Source: a virus. Taken from it: 52,247 nucleotides of DNA. Each line of letters starts with the position of its first letter. The stretch's first letter is position 1. The translations under genes were made by a program, and so were the position numbers. Shown here piece after piece: positions 10,501 to 18,643 of this stretch. The notes under the pieces were generated by a model. It made no database searches and was not told the origin of the DNA. It saw only the letters and a list, made by a program, of their open reading frames with translations. The DNA lies in IMG/VR virus record IMGVR_UViG_3300033463_000196, positions 1-52,247 of that record. The stretch is one strand, 5' to 3'.

Positions 10501-10946
10501 TTCATAACAGGTATGAGCGTTTCCAAACTTGTTTTCTTTTCAAGGTAGGTGGCTAACTCCTGTGCGCCCGCTAACTGCACTTCGTCACCGATAACGCCTA
10601 ACTGCTGCTGCGCTGCGCAAAGGTCTTTGATACTCTGTATTTCCTCTTCCCTTGCGCCCATCGTGTTACGCATATTGTTAGCCAACTTCGTTTCGGCCTC
10701 AACCTGCATAGCATTAGCGGCGGTAAACGTGCGCATAAGCCCGGTAAGCTGCTGCACACCTGTCAAAGCGTTTTGGAAAGACGCGCCTACTTGGGTAATC
10801 TTTAACAAATCATCCCTAAGTTTCGTCGATTCGGTACGGGCAATCTCCAACTCTTGCGCAAATTGCTTTACGTTGGTAGACGCGGTAACGATTTGCTCCT
10901 TACCGTCAATCGTTAGTCGTATGTTAAATTTTACGTCTTTTGACAT
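7548..10946 (-). CDS. Tail tape measure protein
   Basis: Largest ORF (1132 aa), directly after the G/GT chaperone pair. Long A/E/K/Q-rich helical stretches and Gly/Ala-rich hydrophobic segments (AIGTTVQGIKGIYVAVVAATGAIK, AAIPTIIANKALTASYV). Confidence 0.85.
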   Translation of the reverse strand: MSKDVKFNIRLTIDGKEQIVTASTNVKQFAQELEIARTESTKLRDDLLKITQVGASFQNALTGVQQLTGLMRTFTAANAMQVEAETKLANNMRNTMGAREEEIQSIKDLCAAQQQLGVIGDEVQLAGAQELATYLEKKTSLETLIPVMNDMLAQQYGLNATSEAAAQIATMLGKVMDGQVGALSRYGYKFDEAQEQILKFGTESERAAVLAEVVSSAVGGMNEELAKTDAGKAKQAANAIGDIKEQVGALFRSVEPTIVAIGEMGMALMAIGTTVQGIKGIYVAVVAATGAIKSMTVVTVAQSAAGKVAAAVQALWAKQLYYGKVAMYAWTFGAKLATVQAIAMRAAILGLMAVTGVGLAIAAVAGIVSLFASKTDDATDSMKAANREARLAEEEAGRLSELESATADAYTNAASTLNIYQKKLKDLIDKKATGADITKEEKKLVGELNDTYGDTMGYFASVSSWYEALIANSEDYCKQMVLEAKTRTLANQIAAKEAETHNLIYDESGKKKLYSTEREIGQRQIKRTGNSNAMNALQNSGVNSIEYFEIPGTSELDKVNQQIADNRAAVAHLQEQMQDAVKEASQLNFSVRGSATRPNPTTTKPTKSGKEDKQLIENARTYKDLTNNVAYYQQELEKCDITDTNRIMTLARAKKAAEDAVKAFKDMTDAAMMPTELNTLDDYDKKLQALRNQRRTASKENIAQIDAEIERIEAAKQALEDESVAALQDEEIRTYDQLNKKLAYYNRLLKSGDEAQREFAQNGINRLNELQEKWDDALAAMSLPTTTNNIKDIDAAISFYSARQQKEDADQIQKTQRIIDELTAKKKSLQLGIELPEMQREIAEVNALSGREYKVRIKGYGFDELTKKIRELQRILADTKNPVTDSQRRDIEGMIAVYEQWRKQSISAFGSLRDGWNGIKGIGSGIESISNALEGNGNAWQKVTAFVDGFIQIVEGINTVIGIIDMLTTATTAHTIAKGAESAAIVTATTTQGVEAAAQEVAAAAAIPTIIANKALTASYVQLASAMYMAAHAYIPFAGFGIGAGFSAAAVAMVQAIGLMPFAEGGIVSGPTMALIGEYAGATNNPEVVAPLDKLREMVEPQGEIFGKVRFELEGRKLVGVIEREYNHKKRS

Positions 10947-10958
10947 TTTTAACGCTTC

Positions 10959-10994
10959 GTTACTTACTTATATCGGTTTTTATTCTTATCTTTG
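10959..10994 (+). promoter_or_regulatory. Operator-like 18-mer plus Bacteroidota-type -7 box upstream of the plus-strand moron
   Basis: GTTACTTACTTATATCGG at 10959-10976 is identical to 41737-41754 in the lysogeny switch region. TAtcTTTG at 10987-10994 ends 4 nt before the ATG at 10999. No TTTG -33 box at the expected spacing. Confidence 0.45.
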
Positions 10995-10998
10995 CAGC

Positions 10999-11202
10999 AT
11001 GAAAGGTATAAAAAGCATAATAGCCACCGGGTCGCTTCTGACTTTCGTAGTGTCCTTTGCTGTTTTCGTAATCAGCATCTTAGCCGGATTCTACGCTAAC
11101 TTAGCGTTGTCAGGGCTTACCGCTGTTGTGGCTTTTATTTTCTATATCGCTTCGGGCAATCCTGATAATGCTACTTATCTTCGCCATTGTCAGCGTTCAT
11201 AA
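10999..11202 (+). CDS. Small membrane protein with two predicted TM helices (moron, opposite strand to the tail operon)
   Basis: 67 aa: MKGIKSIIATGSLLTFVVSFAVFVISILAGFYANLALSGLTAVVAFIFYIASGNPDNATYLRHCQRS. Sits in the only gap of the tail operon, has its own -7 box, and its 3' end overlaps the T ORF by 32 nt. Confidence 0.5.
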   Translation: MKGIKSIIATGSLLTFVVSFAVFVISILAGFYANLALSGLTAVVAFIFYIASGNPDNATYLRHCQRS

Positions 11203-11838
11203 CCCTTGCTACTAACTTTTCAAACCTCGCTTTGCTTTCCTCTGCCGTTAGCGGCTTCGGGGCTTTCTTTTGTGGGGTCTTTGGCTTATCCCACGGCAAC
11301 GGGTAGACTTTTCGCGCTGTTGGCCGTCCTTTCAGGTGTGGCCGTAGGGTAGCAACTATTATCGCCCTTGCGCGTTCCCACCCGTCTTTGTAATCGGCTT
11401 CGCGTTGGTCGTGGTACGCCTTGCAAATGCTCTCAAATTCCTTTGGGGTACACCTGCAAAAATCGTCAAACGATAGGTGTATGCAGCCCAACGCAAAGCC
11501 TAAGTAGTCGTTAATCCCTAAGTTTTTTTTTCTTCGGGTGTCTCGCTGTTTTCTGTATTCTCACCGTCTGACGGCTCTTTGTTGGCCTCGGCCCATTCCG
11601 TAGCCTCTTCGGGTGTAACATTGTCGGCAAAGTCCATAAGCGACAAACTGAAATCTAAGCCGTCGGCCTTGGATGCTGATTTTACACAACACCAAAGGTA
11701 CGTACAAAGGTCGCTGAAACTTCCGGGGTCTATCTCTGTAACCTCCTTGCCGGTTTCCTGTTTGAAACGTAGCATAGCCCCCATAGTCTGCCTACAGGGG
11801 TACGCTACGCCATTGATAGTAATTTCTACTTTCGCCAT
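11171..11838 (-). CDS. Tail assembly chaperone GT, produced by -1 programmed frameshift
   Basis: The -1 frame entered at the A9 run (GAA GAA AAA AAA ACT) reads KNLGINDYLGFALGCIHLSFDD..., contains no stop, and runs into ORF 11171-11491. Confidence 0.65.
11518..11838 (-). CDS. Tail assembly chaperone G
   Basis: 106-aa ORF between the major tail protein and the tape measure. Ends ...PEEKKT with an A9 run at the 3' end. Confidence 0.7.
   Translation of the reverse strand: MAKVEITINGVAYPCRQTMGAMLRFKQETGKEVTEIDPGSFSDLCTYLWCCVKSASKADGLDFSLSLMDFADNVTPEEATEWAEANKEPSDGENTENSETPEEKKT
11523..11531 (-). promoter_or_regulatory. Slippery A AAA AAA site for the G/GT -1 frameshift
   Basis: Nine consecutive T on the plus strand (A9 on the coding strand), 2 codons before the G stop. 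Confidence 0.65.
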
Positions 11839-11849
11839 GATTGTAGGAA

Positions 11850-12308
11850 TTATTCGTTACCGTTTGCCTTACCGGGGTAGTTGGTAGGCTCGCCGTCGCT
11901 CTCCAGACTGATAGAGAAAGTTGCATCGTCCTGCGCGGGGCTTGTTTCCTCTAAAGAGGTGATAACAAAGTTACCCTGCACGTAGGGGTTAGCGTCGCCC
12001 TCACGTTGGAAAGCCTTAACCTGAATAGAAGCACCTGCGCCCCACAAAGCGGACAACTCGGCATAGCCGTTTTCGCTCTCGCCGTAGTAACGCAAGCCCT
12101 CGGCACTAATTGAGATACTAAGGCCGGTAACGCCCTTGCCTTTCCACAAACCGGCTGAATAACCTTGGCTTGCGGCGGGCTTTACGGCTCTGTCCTTGGT
12201 CTCGCTGTTGAAAGTAATCGTGTGGGTAGTGCAATGGCCAATAGCCTTGCCGCCAACGCTCAACAGAATGTCGCTACCGTTAATGTAGCCTGAACTTGGT
12301 ACTGCCAT
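11850..12308 (-). CDS. Major tail (tube) protein
   Basis: 152 aa, immediately upstream of the chaperone pair. Size and position typical of siphovirus major tail proteins. Confidence 0.65.
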   Translation of the reverse strand: MAVPSSGYINGSDILLSVGGKAIGHCTTHTITFNSETKDRAVKPAASQGYSAGLWKGKGVTGLSISISAEGLRYYGESENGYAELSALWGAGASIQVKAFQREGDANPYVQGNFVITSLEETSPAQDDATFSISLESDGEPTNYPGKANGNE

Positions 12309-12314
12309 AATCTA

Positions 12315-12704
12315 TTATACTTTAATGGTAAAATTTAACTCCTGTATATAAGCATCGTTTTCGTAGTATTCTTCGCCTCCGGCAATCGTACAACTCCGCA
12401 TAATCAGGGTGTCTTTTGTGGCTTGCTTACCGTCTAAAGCCTGTCTGACGGCTTCGGCTAACTGCACCCCGTCGCCATATTTGGCGGCAAAGCAAAGTAC
12501 ATCTATTTGCACGGTGTCCGCTCCCTGCGTACCCTTGGCCGGGTTATGCTCCAGATGTGAACGGCGATACGCTACATACGGTAACGTGGCTTTGTCCGTG
12601 ACAACGGGAAAAACCTTATTTGCCCGTGCCATAACCTCCGCGTCGTTTGTCAGAACGTCGTAGATAATTTCGCCAACGCTTAACGATGTCTTATTTACTG
12701 CCAT
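12315..12704 (-). CDS. Tail terminator/tail completion protein (by position)
   Basis: 129-aa ORF directly upstream of the major tail gene. Confidence 0.4.
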   Translation of the reverse strand: MAVNKTSLSVGEIIYDVLTNDAEVMARANKVFPVVTDKATLPYVAYRRSHLEHNPAKGTQGADTVQIDVLCFAAKYGDGVQLAEAVRQALDGKQATKDTLIMRSCTIAGGEEYYENDAYIQELNFTIKV

Positions 12705-12722
12705 AACTTAATACTCTTAGCG

Positions 12723-13307
12723 TTAAACAAATCCGCATTTCTTAGCCACTTTCTCTACGGCTACCCCTACTTCTGTACCTAAATCGTGTTCTACGGTTTG
12801 GAACATTTCGGGTGTCGCTCTTTCAAGAAATCCGTAAGCACCCATTTGGCCCGTCGGTATTCCATCCTTACGTATGGTTTCCGTCCAATAGCGCGTTTTG
12901 CCGCTTCGGTGTGTGCCATAGATACCGTGCTTTATACGTATTTTCTTGCCGCCTCGCTGACGTTCCTTTGTACCCTCTTCAGCCCACATAAGTACAGGTT
13001 TCTTAAAGCCCTTACGGTTTTCGTGCATTGACTTTTCGCCCTGCCCTTTCAGGTTAGCCCGGTGGGCCTTGACGGTAATCATAAAGCCACCGCCTCGGCT
13101 GTAGATGTGGCTACGTATGCCCTTATCCCAATCGCTTTTATTTCCCTGAACTTGCAGCCCGCTTGTACCTAAGTATTTCCGGGCTATGCCTAACGCCTTT
13201 TTTGCCTCGGCGCGATATGAGCGTTTCAGGGCGTTACGTAGTTGGCGTGGCGTTAGTTCCTTGGCTAACTCTTTCCACTCGCTGCCTGTGTATTCGTTGG
13301 GTTGCAT
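12723..13307 (-). CDS. Neck/head-tail joining protein (HK97 gp10-like position)
   Basis: 194-aa basic ORF in the connector block. Synteny only. Confidence 0.35.
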   Translation of the reverse strand: MQPNEYTGSEWKELAKELTPRQLRNALKRSYRAEAKKALGIARKYLGTSGLQVQGNKSDWDKGIRSHIYSRGGGFMITVKAHRANLKGQGEKSMHENRKGFKKPVLMWAEEGTKERQRGGKKIRIKHGIYGTHRSGKTRYWTETIRKDGIPTGQMGAYGFLERATPEMFQTVEHDLGTEVGVAVEKVAKKCGFV

Positions 13308-13329
13308 ACGCTGTGCGGTTTATTCGTTG

Positions 13330-13785
13330 TTACTTTCGCTGTGCCATTACCCATCGTTTCCACTTGCCGGGCGCGTACATCTGATTATCGGTACTTTTGG
13401 CTTGGTCGGATAGTCGTAGGTAGCATCTTCGATTGTCAGGAAATAAGTAGGTGTTAGCCTGTCTAAATCGTTGGTGCGCCTGTGCGAAAGTCATTACATC
13501 TTTGCAAGCATCGGCAAAGCCTGATAACGCAACGGTGTACGTATCGGCTACAAAGTCGGTGCGTAGTGTTACCTGATTAACAGGCATAACGAAATCTACG
13601 CCCTGTACTACGTCGTAGGTGGTAATCATGTACTCACCGGGTACGTCGAAAATAGGCTGCTGGGCCTTTTCGGTTACTACTACGTCGCCGTAGGTAGGCG
13701 GCTGCTCTACCGTTCCACCGGCAAACGCGCAAAGCGATACACTAAAGATTAGTGCCAACGCTGATAAAATAATTTTGGATTTCAT
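13330..13785 (-). CDS. Secreted protein with N-terminal signal peptide, embedded in the connector block
   Basis: MKSKIILSALALIFSVSLCAFAGG is a hydrophobic signal-like N-terminus. 151 aa. Confidence 0.5.
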   Translation of the reverse strand: MKSKIILSALALIFSVSLCAFAGGTVEQPPTYGDVVVTEKAQQPIFDVPGEYMITTYDVVQGVDFVMPVNQVTLRTDFVADTYTVALSGFADACKDVMTFAQAHQRFRQANTYLFPDNRRCYLRLSDQAKSTDNQMYAPGKWKRWVMAQRK

Positions 13786-13808
13786 ACCTTTTTTTGTTTT
13801 TGGGGTTG

Positions 13809-14129
13809 TTACTCGTTTACTCTCTCACAAATCAGGGTCTTATAACCTCTATCAATATTCGGCTCAATGGCTACAACGGTATAGAGATACCCGCCCAACT
13901 GCTGTACGCGCCAATTCTCGGCTACCGTGTGCGCGTCGCGGATATTCCACGAAACGCGATAATCCGGAAAATGCTCGCCTACCTCTTCGCTACGGTTGCC
14001 CGTGTGCTTTACGCGCTCGGCGTGTACGGTCACGGTGTCGGTATAGGTCGTAACCTCTTCGCCAAAGTCGTTAGTGGTCTGCGTAGGCTCTAACAGCGTA
14101 AGTTTGTATTTCATCCGTCCGGCTATCAT
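13809..14129 (-). CDS. Head closure/head-tail adaptor protein
   Basis: 106 aa. Overlaps the upstream connector gene by 4 nt. Size, position and pattern (KLTLLEP...NDFGEEV...V.AE) typical of the head-tail joining family. Confidence 0.5.
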   Translation of the reverse strand: MIAGRMKYKLTLLEPTQTTNDFGEEVTTYTDTVTVHAERVKHTGNRSEEVGEHFPDYRVSWNIRDAHTVAENWRVQQLGGYLYTVVAIEPNIDRGYKTLICERVNE

Positions 14130-14437
14130 CTTGCCAACTTTCTAAAGGGTTTCATTAAGGCTAATAGTGCGTTTGGAACACTATGGTACTGCACTTGTGC
14201 GTCGCTCTCACGTTGGTTATACCAATGTGCGCCAATGAGTAAGACGGCCTGTTTCAGTTCGTCGGGGAAATTCCCGGATTCGTCCATTTCGGCCAATTCC
14301 TCACGGGTACGACGGGTATAGCGGATAACGTACTTTTCGGCACTATTCAAATAATGCTGCAAAAGCGTATCGTCTGCCGTAAACTCGTCGGCGTTGCACT
14401 GCTTCTTAAAGAGTTCCAAACTCACTACATTAGCCAT
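14126..14437 (-). CDS. Head-tail connector (gp6-like) protein
   Basis: 103 aa immediately after the capsid gene. N-terminal LELFKKQCNAD..DDTLLQHYLNSAEKYV resembles gp6-like connectors. Confidence 0.5.
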   Translation of the reverse strand: MANVVSLELFKKQCNADEFTADDTLLQHYLNSAEKYVIRYTRRTREELAEMDESGNFPDELKQAVLLIGAHWYNQRESDAQVQYHSVPNALLALMKPFRKLAR

Positions 14438-14468
14438 AACTTAAAGCACCTGATTAGTTACACAATCT

Positions 14469-15869
14469 TTAGCCTGCGGCCTGAACGGTCACGGCGCAAG
14501 TTGCGGTGTAGGTCTGACCGCCAAACGTGAACGATGCGGTTACGTTAGACGTACCGGCTGCAACGGCTGTTACCTTACCATTTGCAACGGTGGCCTTTGC
14601 GGTTGCGCTACTTGCCCACGTAACGGCTGTGCCTACGGGGAATACGGTAGCCGTCAGGTCGTAGGTGTCGCCAACGGTCAAAGTCAACTCGGACTTATCA
14701 AGGAAAACGCCAATCTGCGAAAGAACGGCGAAAGCCTCCTGACGCAATACGCTAATAGCGTAGTCCACGTTAAGCACAAAGTCGATAGCGTTCTTTCGTG
14801 CCTGGCTGTAGGGGTCTACGATAAACACCATGTCACCAAACAGGCCCTGCGGTGCGTACTTAAACGCGCCGACGAAAATCTGGCCGTCGGGTACTTCGTT
14901 GGTGGTGAATACGGGTACACCGTTAATCTTACCGTTTTCGTCAACGATAGCAGAGTTTGCGCCCTGCCACTTCGGGGTAGCCTCCAAATTGCCCTTAGTT
15001 ACGTCGCTCATAACGTAGCAAAGGCCCTCGCCCTTGATGTTGTGCGAAAGGATAGCAGACTTAACGCCTACAAGTTCCATCAGGGTAGGAGTTGCGCCGG
15101 TGTAGGTCTTTTTGTTCTTAGCCACCATATTGGCGGGAATGAACGGGCCTACAAGGTCGGTAGCACCGTTTACCTTGGTCTGACTGAACATAATCTTATT
15201 CATCAGTTCGGCAATGGCTACCGGCATATACTGCGTAGCCACCAACTGCACAAGGTTGTCGGTCTCATTCAGGGCCTCGCGGGTGATAGGCACGGCGATA
15301 CCCAAACGCTCCGGCTTCGCAATGAGTTTGTTAATAGGTATCTTGGTGTCGCCCAACTCTGCGCCCTCATCGTTAATTGTGGCGTGGAAAGCCTCAACGA
15401 TAGGCCACTGGTGATTACCTTTCAGGCCGGTAAGCAACGGTGCGCCAATGGCCGAAAGAATAGTCTTGTTATAAAGTGGCTCTACGATGTCGTGCGTAGT
15501 CAGCCCGGCGGGGTTCGTACCTGCAAGGCCGCTGGCGTAAGTAGAGGTGTTGCCGCCGAAAGACTGTGCTACGGCGCGGCTAATCTTCAACTCGAAACGC
15601 TGGCCCTTGTCTAAGCACTCGCGTACCTTGGCGTTTGCGTAGGGTATATCTTCCTCGCGCATTACCTCAATAGTCGGGGTGTTGGCCTTAATCTTCATTT
15701 CGAGAATATCCAACTCACGGGAAAGCTGCTTAATTTCGCCCTGCTCGGCCTCGGTGTATGCCTCGCGCTCCTTATCACTTTCGAGATTCTCCGCCATCTC
15801 GTTAAGGCGGCCTTTGATTTGACTAATCCGCTCGTAGGCTTCGCGGAAATTGAACTTTGGCTTACTCAT
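14469..15869 (-). CDS. Major capsid protein (HK97 fold) with C-terminal Ig-like domain
   Basis: 466 aa following the prohead protease. N-terminal coiled-coil scaffold-like region. The C-terminal ~85 aa (LTLTVGDTYDLTATVFPVGTAVTWASSATAKATVANGKVTAVAAGTSNVTA) look like a Big_2-type Ig domain. Confidence 0.8.
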   Translation of the reverse strand: MSKPKFNFREAYERISQIKGRLNEMAENLESDKEREAYTEAEQGEIKQLSRELDILEMKIKANTPTIEVMREEDIPYANAKVRECLDKGQRFELKISRAVAQSFGGNTSTYASGLAGTNPAGLTTHDIVEPLYNKTILSAIGAPLLTGLKGNHQWPIVEAFHATINDEGAELGDTKIPINKLIAKPERLGIAVPITREALNETDNLVQLVATQYMPVAIAELMNKIMFSQTKVNGATDLVGPFIPANMVAKNKKTYTGATPTLMELVGVKSAILSHNIKGEGLCYVMSDVTKGNLEATPKWQGANSAIVDENGKINGVPVFTTNEVPDGQIFVGAFKYAPQGLFGDMVFIVDPYSQARKNAIDFVLNVDYAISVLRQEAFAVLSQIGVFLDKSELTLTVGDTYDLTATVFPVGTAVTWASSATAKATVANGKVTAVAAGTSNVTASFTFGGQTYTATCAVTVQAAG

Positions 15870-15908
15870 AACTTTTTTGCCTTGGTTAAATTAAACAATA
15901 TGCGCCGC

Positions 15909-16601
15909 CTAAACGGTGCGGTTTATTCTCTCTTTCAATACCCGGATAGCCTCGCGTTTCTTTGCAAGGTCTATCGTCTTAGGCTCTTCAACCTTGGGAG
16001 TTTTCGGTTTGTCGAATACTACCCCGGCTTCCTCGACTTCGCGCTTACTTACCGTTGTCTGCTCGTAAGCGGGCTTTGGTGTAATCGTAAAGTCGTACAC
16101 CTTATCAATACGCTTAACGTGACGCAACAGAATATCGTCGCCGTCCTCTGTCTTTTCACCTGACAACTCGTAACTAACGGCGTTCTCGCTATCCCGTTCA
16201 TCGGTAGAGTAGATAAACGAGCATCCCGAAATGTCGCCGCGTGAAATCAATTCCAACGCCTTATCGCCGTCGGCTGTCTTGGGTACTTCACACCAAAACT
16301 TAACACCTATTTCGTCGATTTCGTAGTGCAACGTGCCAACGCCCATCTTACTACGGCCTAAGATAAGTTGGCGGTCGTGGAACATCGTAAGCATGATGTC
16401 GCAAGCGTCCAACGTCTCACGGGTAATACAACCGGGTTCTAATACCTCGTAGTAGTTTTCCCACCAATCGCACAAAAGACGGCTGCGCACACCGAATTTA
16501 AGCGCGTAGCCCTCAATTATACGGCTCTCGCCGCCCTCGGCGGCTTCCCGGATTTGCAGCCTAACGTCAAATCCGATACTCCTTTTGTTAATCTTCGTCA
16601 T
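15909..16601 (-). CDS. Prohead maturation protease (HK97 family)
   Basis: 230 aa between portal and capsid, overlapping the portal 3' end. Region MFHDRQLILGRS is compatible with the protease His motif. Confidence 0.7.
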   Translation of the reverse strand: MTKINKRSIGFDVRLQIREAAEGGESRIIEGYALKFGVRSRLLCDWWENYYEVLEPGCITRETLDACDIMLTMFHDRQLILGRSKMGVGTLHYEIDEIGVKFWCEVPKTADGDKALELISRGDISGCSFIYSTDERDSENAVSYELSGEKTEDGDDILLRHVKRIDKVYDFTITPKPAYEQTTVSKREVEEAGVVFDKPKTPKVEEPKTIDLAKKREAIRVLKERINRTV

Positions 16602-17877
16602 CTTCTTCGCTTGGTTTTGTTTCTTCTATATTCGTTGTACCGCCTCCGGGCTTGAACTTGTCGCCGTTCAACGGTATAAGATTTGCAGATACTAACGTAA
16701 TTTCGCCGCCCTCGACTGCGGGCTGGTTCTCGATGTGTCGCCAATCGTTTACGGTGTAGATGCCGCTTGCAATGGTCATTGTCTGGTACTTCGCCAACGA
16801 AAGCAAATCAAGGCTGTAGATGCCTTTACGGTCAAACTTGAAAATACGTTTGCAGCAAAGCGACTGCGGTATAAGTTTGCGTGTAAACTCGGCCTCAATA
16901 CGTTTCAGGATAGGGTCTAACGAAAACGACAAATACGTTATATTGGCCATTTCAGCCGATTTGTAGTTATTGCTCGTATCGTCAAACACAAACGACGGGT
17001 GTACGCCAAAGAAACGGCAAAGTTCACGGACGGTAAACTTACGGGTTTCCAAAAACTGCATATCAGTAGAGGAAAGCGAAATTTGCTTAAAGTCGGACTG
17101 ACCGGGCAAACTTACGATATGCTCACCGTTCATAAACCTTTCGTCTAAGTTGGCGGCTGTCTTTTCCAACTCTTCATCTGCATACTCGCCAAAGCCTACT
17201 ACCGATTTGTCGTTGCTGACAATACCCCGGACGTTACCGCCATTGATAAAACGGTTTGCCGTCTCAACGTCGCCCGCCTGTGCAATAGTAAGAGTATTGC
17301 GGGCGTGGCTTAGTACGCTCTCGCCTGTACGCCCATCTGACGAATGTAAATACAGGTGTATAACTTCGGATTCCTTAAACGTACCGTAAACGCCGTTATA
17401 TGCGTCGCAAATGGTGTACGTACCATTCAAAGCGTCGTGGCCTACCGTGTTGCGCCCGCAAAGCACTAAGTCGGTAATCTCTCCCCTGACTTTGCGCGGG
17501 TAGATGTAGGCGTTACCGTCTAAAAGCATCATCTTAACGGCCATACTCCAAAAGTCGAAAATTGACATTTCGGGTTGAGGCTGTACGGTAAGTAAATAAT
17601 GTAGGTCGTTGTTTTTGTCCTCTTGGTAGCGGTCTCCCTTTAACTTCATGTACTGCAAATGCAAACCGGCTACGCTATCACTAAGCAACTGCACACAACG
17701 GTAAACGGTGGCTACGGCTGTCGCGGTGTCAGTAGAGGCGTAGAAAAATTGCAGCCCTGCACCTGTGCGCGGGGTTGTACGTTGCGTGGTTTTGGCTTGC
17801 GGCGCGGGTGCGGCCTGTTGCTCTACCACTTCATCGCGTTGTTTCCAAATACGGGAAATATCCCACCATTTAGCCAT
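16588..17877 (-). CDS. Portal protein (HK97 family)
   Basis: About 429 aa from the ATG at 17877 (MAKWWDISRIW...). The track start at 17910 is a non-ATG codon upstream of the predicted transcription start. Followed by protease and capsid. Confidence 0.8.
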   Translation of the reverse strand: MAKWWDISRIWKQRDEVVEQQAAPAPQAKTTQRTTPRTGAGLQFFYASTDTATAVATVYRCVQLLSDSVAGLHLQYMKLKGDRYQEDKNNDLHYLLTVQPQPEMSIFDFWSMAVKMMLLDGNAYIYPRKVRGEITDLVLCGRNTVGHDALNGTYTICDAYNGVYGTFKESEVIHLYLHSSDGRTGESVLSHARNTLTIAQAGDVETANRFINGGNVRGIVSNDKSVVGFGEYADEELEKTAANLDERFMNGEHIVSLPGQSDFKQISLSSTDMQFLETRKFTVRELCRFFGVHPSFVFDDTSNNYKSAEMANITYLSFSLDPILKRIEAEFTRKLIPQSLCCKRIFKFDRKGIYSLDLLSLAKYQTMTIASGIYTVNDWRHIENQPAVEGGEITLVSANLIPLNGDKFKPGGGTTNIEETKPSEEDDED

Positions 17878-17899
17878 AAAAATAGATATATCTTTTCGG

Positions 17900-17930
17900 C
17901 AAAGATACACCTATTTTATGGGCGTTCAAA
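17900..17930 (-). promoter_or_regulatory. Consensus Bacteroidota promoter upstream of the portal gene
   Basis: Minus strand: TTTG (17930-17927), 19-nt spacer, TAtcTTTG (17907-17900), 22 nt before the ATG at 17877. Confidence 0.6.
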
Positions 17931-17995
17931 ATCGGATAAGGTGCATCGTGGTACACCTTGGCGCAACGTGGTAAAATTTTGAGTTTGTTAAGAAT

Positions 17996-18376
17996 TTAAT
18001 TTTTTCCGGCGGTCACAATTTCGTTAATTTTCTCTGCAAATGCTATCGTAAAATCTGCGCTCGTACCGTCGTAGTCGAAATCGTAAGGCACGTCGGCACT
18101 ACCTATCTGTCCTTTGTCGTTTAGTGTCAGGATAGAGCAAACGCAATTCGTGGCCCAAAAATCGTCGGCGTTATCGTAGAACTCCACAATAAAGAACTTT
18201 ACCGTATCTTCGTCTACGCCGTAATCGTCGTAGTCGCTCTTAGGTATTGCCCGGCTCGTAGCCCTGACTTTCAGGCCCCGGACTTTGAACTTTTCCGTAC
18301 CAAAGTCTACGGTCTTATTCAGGTAGGCGGCTTTCGCCTGGTCGCTGATTACCCGCTTAATCTCATTCTCGCTCAT
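17996..18376 (-). CDS. Hypothetical protein (acidic)
   Basis: 126-aa ORF overlapping the upstream ORF by 4 nt. Confidence 0.5.
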   Translation of the reverse strand: MSENEIKRVISDQAKAAYLNKTVDFGTEKFKVRGLKVRATSRAIPKSDYDDYGVDEDTVKFFIVEFYDNADDFWATNCVCSILTLNDKGQIGSADVPYDFDYDGTSADFTIAFAEKINEIVTAGKN

Positions 18377-18597
18377 ACCGTCGCCTTTTTAATTTGCTCT
18401 ACCAATTCCTGACGGCTTCCGTATAACAGCCCGCCTTTCTTCAATCTCGCTTCGTATAGGTAGCGTTCTTGTATTTCGTGGGTATTACCCATGTGTTCCT
18501 TAACGCTAACGCGCTTCCATGTGCCTACGACGCGGGGGCAAAAGGCCCCTGCCTTAACTTCTATATCGCCATTCTGCTTTAGCGTTACCTTTGCCAT
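18373..18597 (-). CDS. Hypothetical protein
   Basis: ATG at 18597 (MAKVTLKQNGD...). The longer track start would read through an intergenic hairpin. Confidence 0.5.
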   Translation of the reverse strand: MAKVTLKQNGDIEVKAGAFCPRVVGTWKRVSVKEHMGNTHEIQERYLYEARLKKGGLLYGSRQELVEQIKKATV

Positions 18598-18613
18598 AAT
18601 GTTACGTTTTTGT

Positions 18614-18633
18614 GGCGGGGCTTGCACCCCGCC
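18614..18633. other. GC-rich intergenic stem-loop
   Basis: GGCGGGG-cttgca-CCCCGCC between two same-strand genes. Confidence 0.6.
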
Positions 18634-18643
18634 GGGTTAATAC

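Noticed and set aside
10549-10998. Upstream 150 codons of the 217-aa plus-strand ORF
   Set aside because: This part is antisense to the tape measure gene, has low-complexity S/C/A-rich content and starts at a non-ATG codon. Only the last 67 codons (from the ATG at 10999, outside the TMP gene and behind a -7 box) look real.
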